DNA of 64,000 nt. Origin: Candidatus Heimdallarchaeota archaeon. GTDB lineage: Archaea > Asgardarchaeota > Heimdallarchaeia > Heimdallarchaeales > Heimdallarchaeaceae. The translations under genes were made by a program, and so were the position numbers. Each line of letters starts with the position of its first letter. Within the stretch, counting starts at the first letter, position 1. Shown here in pieces: positions 57,418-64,000 of this stretch. The notes below the pieces were generated by a model, which searched no databases, was not told the origin of the DNA, and was given only the letters and a program-made list of their open reading frames with translations. The stretch is taken from contig DXJF01000032.1 of the NCBI GenBank assembly GCA_019057375.1, forward strand, positions 1 through 64,000, read 5' to 3'.

Positions 57418-59682
57418 ATGACTTTGCCAGAGCCTGAACAAGTGAAGAACTTTTCTACAAGAATAAGGCAATTCCTCAATAAATTTTGGAAGAATTTTAA
57501 AGCTAAAGGTGTCTTACCAAAGGACCAATATGAATCATTTAGTGTAATTCTAGGAAGAGACTTAATTTTTATGGATTGGACTATTCAATTTGGTGGTCAA
57601 CTTCTAGGTATTCTTTTAGGAGCTTTGGTAAGCTTTCTAGTTGGTGCAAATCTCTTCAAAGATCTCTTTGGGCAAACTGAATCTATAAATCCAAACTCCT
57701 ACATCTCACTTTATGTTGGTACTTTACTAGCAGTTGTAGGTTTATCTGTATATTATATAATGAAACTTGGGATTAGAATTAATACACCTAAAAAAATAGC
57801 TAAAAATAAATTCAACATAGCCAAAGTAGCATTTTTTGGTCTTTCATTTGTTTTTGGTCTATCTTACTTGTATAATACTTTCTTGGAACCAGCTGTTAAC
57901 AAAATTGCCGGTATTGCGAATCCTTTTGATCCAAACGGTAATGGAGGAGATCCTGGAAATGGAGGTGGTGTTGATTGGCAGTCAACAAATCAATACATAA
58001 TTCTTATAGCTTCTATTTTAGCAGTAGCAGCAGTATTTGCTCTTCTTTATTCTGGAATAATGTATTCGTTGAACAAGAAAGTTGGAACGATAGATGGAGT
58101 AGCAATTGTTGCGGCATCTACATTATTGATGTTCTATTTATTATCACAGTTTTCAATGCCTCAATATCTAATCGAGGCATTTCAAACTAAATCTTATTCA
58201 CTTCTCTTACCTTTGTTAAATGATATTCTATATTATTCTCTTATTGCATTTGTAACGATAATGGTTTATCATCTAAGTAGGAGAATTGAGTTATCTATCA
58301 TCATATTGTTCCTTGGTTTTGCATTTGGATATGAATCCACAAATATTGTTGAATTTCTTATTATTTTAAAATGGGATTTTCCCGAGAAATCATATATATC
58401 AGCTACCTTAATCAAAACTTTGCAAGGGTTACAATATGCAGGTTTAGCAGGAATGATTGCATATCCTCTAGTTTTCTATAGAGACACAGCTGCATTCTTT
58501 AAGAAAGCATATGTAACAATCAGAAATCAGGGAATGGTTTTATTTGGATTCTTCCTAGTAGTTCTTCTAATCGAAATAATATTGCAATTTGTTTTTACAT
58601 ACTTAGGTATTTTATTCTCACTTATTATTTTCATTGTTCTAGTTGGTTTAGTTAATTCACTTATTACGAAAAAATATGGAAAGCAAAGCTTTACTGGACT
58701 GTTGTCAACAATGTCTAAGGCTACTCTCCAGATGGGGGAATCTGTGATTCCTACATTGAAAAAACAAACAAAATTTCTTGAGGAAAAATCGATTAGAAGA
58801 AGATTGACAGCCGTGATTTTAGGAACTACAATTCCATTGGCTCTATATTTTGGTACTATGTATCTAACGACAGCGATAACTGAACAAACAGTTATTGGTA
58901 CAACAGTATTTCTGTATACAGCTGTTCCTATTTCTATTGGGTTCATCGCATTTTCATTGAGTTACTTCTGGGTTAAGAATCCAATTATAAGAAGCAATTT
59001 TAATTATCAATATCCTCTAAAAATAGCTGGATTGATTGGAGGAATTTTTTACTTCTTCTATGCAGTTAATGGTTTAATATATAACAGAGTGGGAGTATAT
59101 CCATTAATTGCTCTTTTCTATGTTCCAATAGTTTTAGTAGCTATTTTTAGAAAAGATAAACTAGGTACTTTGTTACTCTCTTTAGCAGGTGATAATAAAG
59201 ATACAGCACTAAAAGAGCTACTCCTCAGGAGAGATTTAGATATTCCTTCTTTAGATGAGAAATTTTACAAATCTCCACCATACCTAAAAACTTGGCTTGC
59301 CATGATTTTAACAAAACGAGGAGAAAAAGCTCAAACTTCTCAGAATCTTGTATCAATGCTAGCAAGTAGCTTTCCATTAGAAAGGGCAACAGGTGCTTTG
59401 TGCATACTTTATCTAAATGATAAAGAAACTATGGAAAGAGTAATTAAAATTCTTGAAAGTGATTCCGATCCTAGAGTTAGAGACGCCATAGCCTATGGTA
59501 TTAGATATTTTGAGGATCTTCCTGAAGAAATTTACAAAAGAATCATCGACTCCCAACACTATGAAGATGATGCTAAAGTACTTGAAACACTGAAAGAAAC
59601 CATTTCTTCTTTGGATATTAGGTTCTCTGCCGAGGAACAAGAAAAGGAAGTGGAATTAGAAGAGTATTTTGAAGAAATTTAG
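57418..59682 (+). CDS. Multi-pass membrane protein with C-terminal HEAT repeats
   Basis: About 14 hydrophobic helices; ERATGALCI and DPRVRDAIAYGI HEAT units. Confidence 0.8.
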   Translation: MTLPEPEQVKNFSTRIRQFLNKFWKNFKAKGVLPKDQYESFSVILGRDLIFMDWTIQFGGQLLGILLGALVSFLVGANLFKDLFGQTESINPNSYISLYVGTLLAVVGLSVYYIMKLGIRINTPKKIAKNKFNIAKVAFFGLSFVFGLSYLYNTFLEPAVNKIAGIANPFDPNGNGGDPGNGGGVDWQSTNQYIILIASILAVAAVFALLYSGIMYSLNKKVGTIDGVAIVAASTLLMFYLLSQFSMPQYLIEAFQTKSYSLLLPLLNDILYYSLIAFVTIMVYHLSRRIELSIIILFLGFAFGYESTNIVEFLIILKWDFPEKSYISATLIKTLQGLQYAGLAGMIAYPLVFYRDTAAFFKKAYVTIRNQGMVLFGFFLVVLLIEIILQFVFTYLGILFSLIIFIVLVGLVNSLITKKYGKQSFTGLLSTMSKATLQMGESVIPTLKKQTKFLEEKSIRRRLTAVILGTTIPLALYFGTMYLTTAITEQTVIGTTVFLYTAVPISIGFIAFSLSYFWVKNPIIRSNFNYQYPLKIAGLIGGIFYFFYAVNGLIYNRVGVYPLIALFYVPIVLVAIFRKDKLGTLLLSLAGDNKDTALKELLLRRDLDIPSLDEKFYKSPPYLKTWLAMILTKRGEKAQTSQNLVSMLASSFPLERATGALCILYLNDKETMERVIKILESDSDPRVRDAIAYGIRYFEDLPEEIYKRIIDSQHYEDDAKVLETLKETISSLDIRFSAEEQEKEVELEEYFEEI

Positions 59683-59728
59683 TTTTTCGCAATTACTTTT
59701 TCACTTACTTAAGAAAAGAAGAAGAGAA

Positions 59729-60415
59729 TTACTTCAGAATTATTCTTGCATCTACAGGGAATAATCCATCCTCATTTGCTATTATTGGATTAATATCCAT
59801 TTCCGCAATATACTCCTTATATTTCCATGCTAATTCTGAAAGTTTTACAATCAAATTAGAAAGATCTTCTTTATTCACCTTTGGCATTCCTCTGAAACCT
59901 TCTAACAAAACCCTTGCATTGATTTCTTCAATAGCTTGTAATGCTTGAGGTTGAGTTGTTGGACATAAACGAAAGACCACATCTTTGATTGCTTCAACCA
60001 TGACTCCCCCTACTCCAAATAGAATAACAGGACCAAATGTTGGATCAGTATTTGTTCCTATAATCATTTCAAGACCTTTACCAACCATTTTTTCAACAAG
60101 AATACCCGCAACATCAACACTTGAGAATCTTTTCATAAAATCATCAAATGTTGATTTTACTTCCTCTTCTGATTGTAGATCTATTACAACTGCGCCATAA
60201 TCTGTTTTATGTAAAACTTCAACCGACATCAATTTCATAACTACAGGATATCCAAATCTGCCTGCTGCTTCAATAGCTTCTTCTTTTGTTTTCACTAGAG
60301 ATGAAGGAGGAACAATTATTCCCATTTTTCTCAATATCATTTTTGCTTCATGTTCTAGAACAGCTTTCCTCTGTTCTGATTGGATTACTGTAAGTATTTC
60401 TTTTATTCCACTCAT
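59729..60415 (-). CDS. acdB: Acetate--CoA ligase (ADP-forming), beta subunit (ATP-grasp)
   Basis: EHEAK, GYPVVMK..S..VLHKTDYG, DPTFGPVI.FG.GG, EMDINP, VDARI. Confidence 0.95.
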   Translation of the reverse strand: MSGIKEILTVIQSEQRKAVLEHEAKMILRKMGIIVPPSSLVKTKEEAIEAAGRFGYPVVMKLMSVEVLHKTDYGAVVIDLQSEEEVKSTFDDFMKRFSSVDVAGILVEKMVGKGLEMIIGTNTDPTFGPVILFGVGGVMVEAIKDVVFRLCPTTQPQALQAIEEINARVLLEGFRGMPKVNKEDLSNLIVKLSELAWKYKEYIAEMDINPIIANEDGLFPVDARIILK

Positions 60416-60417
60416 TT

Positions 60418-61839
60418 TTAGTCCTCCATTTTGATAGATCTTGGATCCACCCCATGTTTTTGAAGATATTTAGTATAGCCAGTAAGCATACCTAATGCTC
60501 TGACAGCTCTACCAGGACTTTCAAATGCGGGTAAATCTTCTTTTAATAATTCTGCAGTTGCATAATCTGCCTCTTCGCCTCCAACTAAAGCCGTTACAAA
60601 GGGTTTTTCTTTTCTCTTAGCTAATTCTTTTGTAATTTTGATATATTCTTCTATATCTAAATCAGGTATAACTGGAATACAGATATTAACAATTGAATCA
60701 ACATTTGGATCATCATAAACTGCTTCTAAAGCAATTCGATAATCTTCTGCTGTTGCACTTCCAGTTATATCAATTGGATTTCCAGTTGCATAAAATGATG
60801 GAAAAGTGTCATCGAGTTTTTTCTGTACATCAGCTGAGAACTTAGCAAGTGTAAGACCACAATCAGAAACCATATCTGAGGCCATTACTCCAGCTCCACC
60901 ACCATCTGTTACAATCGCTACTTTATTTCCCAATGGCAAAGGTTGAGTTCCAAATACTAAAACACAATCTTCTAATTGGTCCCATGTAATTACTCGGATT
61001 ATTCCTGCATCACTTAGTAAGTCATCCACTATTACATCATTAGCTGACAATGCCGCAGTATGTGAGGCTCCTGCTTTTGCACCAGTTTCAGTACGGTTTG
61101 CTTTAATTCCCATAATAGGTTTTTTTAGAGATATTTCTCTTGCTTTTTGCATGAATTCTCTGCCATTTTTGAAGTCTTCCAGATAGATAATAATCATTCT
61201 TGTATCAGGGTCTTGTCCAACATATTCTAAAGAATCAGTTTCGTTAATGTCACTTGCATTTCCATATGAAATAAATTTGGAAACCCATTTACCAGAACCT
61301 AAACGAGAGAGCTGATCAATGAAAGCAGCACCAAAAGCTCCACTTTGAGTGAATATTGATACAGGTCCGTTAGTTGGTCTTTTTAATTTACTATCTGGTA
61401 AAAACATTGTATCATAACCAAGAGCTGGTGAGTATAAACCTAAGCAATTTGGTCCAATAACATTAATTTCAAACTCCCTCATAATATCGAACAATTGTTT
61501 TTGAAGTTTGATTCCTTCATCCCCAATTTCACTAAAACCACCAGTTGTAACAATTATGTTCTTTATACCTTTTTTTCCACATTCTTGTAAGGCAAAAGGA
61601 GCATATCGAGCTGGAACGATAATGCATGCAGCATCAATTGAATCATCTATCTCTAAAACTGATTTGTATAATTTATTATTATATAGCTCTCCACCTTTTG
61701 GGTTAACAAGATACGTTTTCCCAGGAAAAAAGTGTACAAAATTATATGCTACTACATTCCCAGGTTTATTGGGAGTGGTAGAAGCACCTACAACACAAAA
61801 TGATTTGGCGTTAAAGAATTTCTCTAGCCTCGCTTTCAT
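60418..61839 (-). CDS. acdA: Acetate--CoA ligase (ADP-forming), alpha subunit
   Basis: VVGAS, GGFSE.G, IGPNCLG, QSGA, SYGN..D, ASHTAAL, NPIDITG. Confidence 0.95.
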   Translation of the reverse strand: MKARLEKFFNAKSFCVVGASTTPNKPGNVVAYNFVHFFPGKTYLVNPKGGELYNNKLYKSVLEIDDSIDAACIIVPARYAPFALQECGKKGIKNIIVTTGGFSEIGDEGIKLQKQLFDIMREFEINVIGPNCLGLYSPALGYDTMFLPDSKLKRPTNGPVSIFTQSGAFGAAFIDQLSRLGSGKWVSKFISYGNASDINETDSLEYVGQDPDTRMIIIYLEDFKNGREFMQKAREISLKKPIMGIKANRTETGAKAGASHTAALSANDVIVDDLLSDAGIIRVITWDQLEDCVLVFGTQPLPLGNKVAIVTDGGGAGVMASDMVSDCGLTLAKFSADVQKKLDDTFPSFYATGNPIDITGSATAEDYRIALEAVYDDPNVDSIVNICIPVIPDLDIEEYIKITKELAKRKEKPFVTALVGGEEADYATAELLKEDLPAFESPGRAVRALGMLTGYTKYLQKHGVDPRSIKMED

Positions 61840-61888
61840 TAGCTATCAGAAACAAGAAATATTGTTTTGTTAAAAATTTTTGGAATAA

Positions 61889-62020
61889 TACTACAAAAAT
61901 CTTTTACATATTTCTAAACAATACTGTATTCATTGCGAAACCTCGAATAATGCAGTAGATACATTATGTATAAATTGTGGAGCAAAATTAATAAATAAAC
62001 TCCATTTTCTCTTTCATTAA
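61889..62020 (+). pseudogene. Start-less zinc-ribbon remnant
   Basis: Frame reads ...QYCIHCETSNNAVDTLCINCGAKL...*; an in-frame TAA lies at 61886-88 and no start codon follows it. Confidence 0.55.
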
Positions 62021-62057
62021 AGAGAAAGCTGTCAAACACAACTTTTTTTATTCTTTC

Positions 62058-63257
62058 ATGTCTTTTTCAAGTATGGCTAAAGAGTTTTCAATCCCTGCAT
62101 ATTGGAAAATTCCATATCAAGAAGAAATGACAGGAAAAATAACTAAAATTAGAGGAAAGGAAGTACAGTTCAGTCAGAAGTTCTTTTATCCGGGAGGAGG
62201 GGGGCAATTATCAGATAGAGGTACTATTGTTTATGCTGATAAGGAATTTCCAATAATTAATGTCTATAAAGACGAAGAGGGAATTTGGCATGAAATAAAA
62301 TCTAAAGGAAATATTGAATTTGAGATAGGAAAAGAAATACTTCTAAAATTAGATTGGAAAAGAAGATATTCATTTATGAAAGCACATTCTTCGCAACATC
62401 TCATATCTCATATTCTAGAAGAGATTTATCAATGTAGAACTCTAAAAGCTAATTTTGAGGAAGGGAAGATTGATATTGAAACTTCTATAAAATTATCACT
62501 TGAGCAAGTGATAGAGGCTTTAGAACAAACAAATGATATTATAAGTTCGGGAACTAAAATCAAATCGATTGTTGTAGATCAAGAGGAATATAAGAAAAAA
62601 TTCAAACAAAGGACAAGAGGAAAGACCTCAGATGAAGAAACTGTTAGACTCATTCAACTTGGTGAAGATGAAGGATTTGATTTAGTCTGTTGTGGAGGTA
62701 TACATGTGAAGAATCTTTCTGAAGTCAAGGGAATAGTTCTTGAAAATCTAAAGGGTTATACTCTCAAACTTCTAGTTGATCAATATGGCTTTACATTTGC
62801 AAATCAACAAAGAAAAATGATGATTGCTTTAGAAGAGCTAACTCAAAAGAAAGATGAGAAACTTGTTAAGATGATACAAAATAAACTTAACAACTTCCAT
62901 GTCCTACAATCAGGAAATGTAAAATTACTTAAAATGATTTTTAGTAATCTACAACATTGGAAGATAACAATCAATGGCTTATCATGCATTTTCTTTGAAT
63001 TACCAGAAATTGATCGTCAAGCAATTCAATCTGCGGCTAAAGAGATGATTGAAGGATTTCTTGTAGTTATAATAGGAAAGAACGAAATTCTTTACATTTT
63101 ATCTTCAGATGAAAATATTCCAGCAAATGAAGTAACTAAGAAGCTTCTAGAAATTACAGGAAATAAAGGTGGAGGAAATAAAGCTTTTGCACAAATATCT
63201 ATACAAAAAGTAGAAAATCCACTAAAACTAGTTGAAGATGTAATAAAAAGTTTCTAA
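62058..63257 (+). CDS. alaX: Alanyl-tRNA editing protein, AlaX family, with C-terminal DHHA1-like domain
   Basis: FYPGGGGQLSD.G, R...M..HSSQH, CCGG.HV, C-terminal KGGGN..FAQ. Confidence 0.9.
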   Translation: MSFSSMAKEFSIPAYWKIPYQEEMTGKITKIRGKEVQFSQKFFYPGGGGQLSDRGTIVYADKEFPIINVYKDEEGIWHEIKSKGNIEFEIGKEILLKLDWKRRYSFMKAHSSQHLISHILEEIYQCRTLKANFEEGKIDIETSIKLSLEQVIEALEQTNDIISSGTKIKSIVVDQEEYKKKFKQRTRGKTSDEETVRLIQLGEDEGFDLVCCGGIHVKNLSEVKGIVLENLKGYTLKLLVDQYGFTFANQQRKMMIALEELTQKKDEKLVKMIQNKLNNFHVLQSGNVKLLKMIFSNLQHWKITINGLSCIFFELPEIDRQAIQSAAKEMIEGFLVVIIGKNEILYILSSDENIPANEVTKKLLEITGNKGGGNKAFAQISIQKVENPLKLVEDVIKSF

Positions 63258-63268
63258 GCTTAATTTGC

Positions 63269-64000
63269 TTAAAAGAATACATCGTCTCTTGGTGCTATGT
63301 AAGTATAAGTTATTGGGTCAGATTTCTCATTTTTCTGAACTTTGTTTTCATCTATTAGTTTATTCAGATGGGCAGTCATGTTAGTTTTTGGTGCCAATAT
63401 AGAATAGGGATGATACCAAACGATACCTTGAGAATTATGAACTCTTTCTATAAGTTGATTCATAGTCAGATATTTTTGTTCTGTCATCGCCATTTCTAGT
63501 TGATTTTCAAATTGATGAAATGCTTCCTTTACATCATTTACGTAAGGTATAACATGTCGATTTTCTTGATAATTGTCATGAGCAGGACATATCATGGAAA
63601 TTTCTGCTTTTTCGAGAAACTCGATATTTCTCAACCACACTTTATAAGAACCTGAATAATCAATTAAATAGCTGCTAGAGAGAGCAGGATACAAGTTGAG
63701 TGCATCACCAGTAAACATGGTTCTTTCCGCAGTTGCAAAAAACATACTGTGACCTTTACATATCCCATCAAAATTTATTACCATCAATTTTGTATCATCG
63801 ATTTCAAATTTTTCTCCATCTTTGAAATAAATATCTGGTTTGAATGAATCTAAATCATCGAATGGGTCTTTCTTAACGGCAAAGTATAATTTCTCCTTTC
63901 TTGTGAAATTGAAATTATCCGCTTTAATTAAATTATTAGGGTCATCCATTAGAGATTTACATTTTTCATTAATAGCGACTTGGGCATTAGGAAATATTTT
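63269..64000 (-). CDS. MBL-fold metallo-hydrolase with C-terminal winged helix (5' part outside window)
   Basis: GH, FTGDAL and CPAH motifs; the frame stays open from ATG 63949 to the window edge (KIFPNAQVAINEKCKSL). Confidence 0.85.
   Translation of the reverse strand, partial: KIFPNAQVAINEKCKSLMDDPNNLIKADNFNFTRKEKLYFAVKKDPFDDLDSFKPDIYFKDGEKFEIDDTKLMVINFDGICKGHSMFFATAERTMFTGDALNLYPALSSSYLIDYSGSYKVWLRNIEFLEKAEISMICPAHDNYQENRHVIPYVNDVKEAFHQFENQLEMAMTEQKYLTMNQLIERVHNSQGIVWYHPYSILAPKTNMTAHLNKLIDENKVQKNEKSDPITYTYIAPRDDVFF

Overview
AT-rich, gene-dense archaeal chromosomal window. Evidence for archaeal origin: an intron-containing C1:G72 tRNA-Tyr, FBP aldolase/phosphatase, AOR, ADP-forming acetyl-CoA synthetase, PAC2 and AK6/Fap7. 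A Rab-like small GTPase, longin/uDENN-like domains and many HEAT proteins suggest an Asgard archaeon, possibly Heimdallarchaeia (inference). No integrase, transposase or CRISPR array was seen. Content: the end of a histone-H1-like Lys-rich protein; cofD/cofC (F420); an arvA/arvB-like (oapA/oapB) GTPase pair; scattered arsenic genes (AbrB-type regulator plus arsM, arsR-arsP-thioredoxin, an arsC-like remnant); bacterial-type plsY; three adjacent fructose-bisphosphate enzymes; peptide-fermentation genes (AOR, POR gamma-delta, acdAB); and a long MoxR/DUF58 membrane-protein operon. The strongest candidate for an undescribed system is a translationally coupled three-gene operon at 38816-42554 (minus strand). 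It encodes a 560-aa single-pass membrane protein ending in GGG-(Cys-Ala)6-GGGR, a radical SAM/SPASM enzyme with an N-terminal PqqD/RRE-like domain, and a SAM methyltransferase, which together look like RiPP-type machinery acting on the tail of a membrane protein. All assignments come from reading motifs by eye; no database searches were run.
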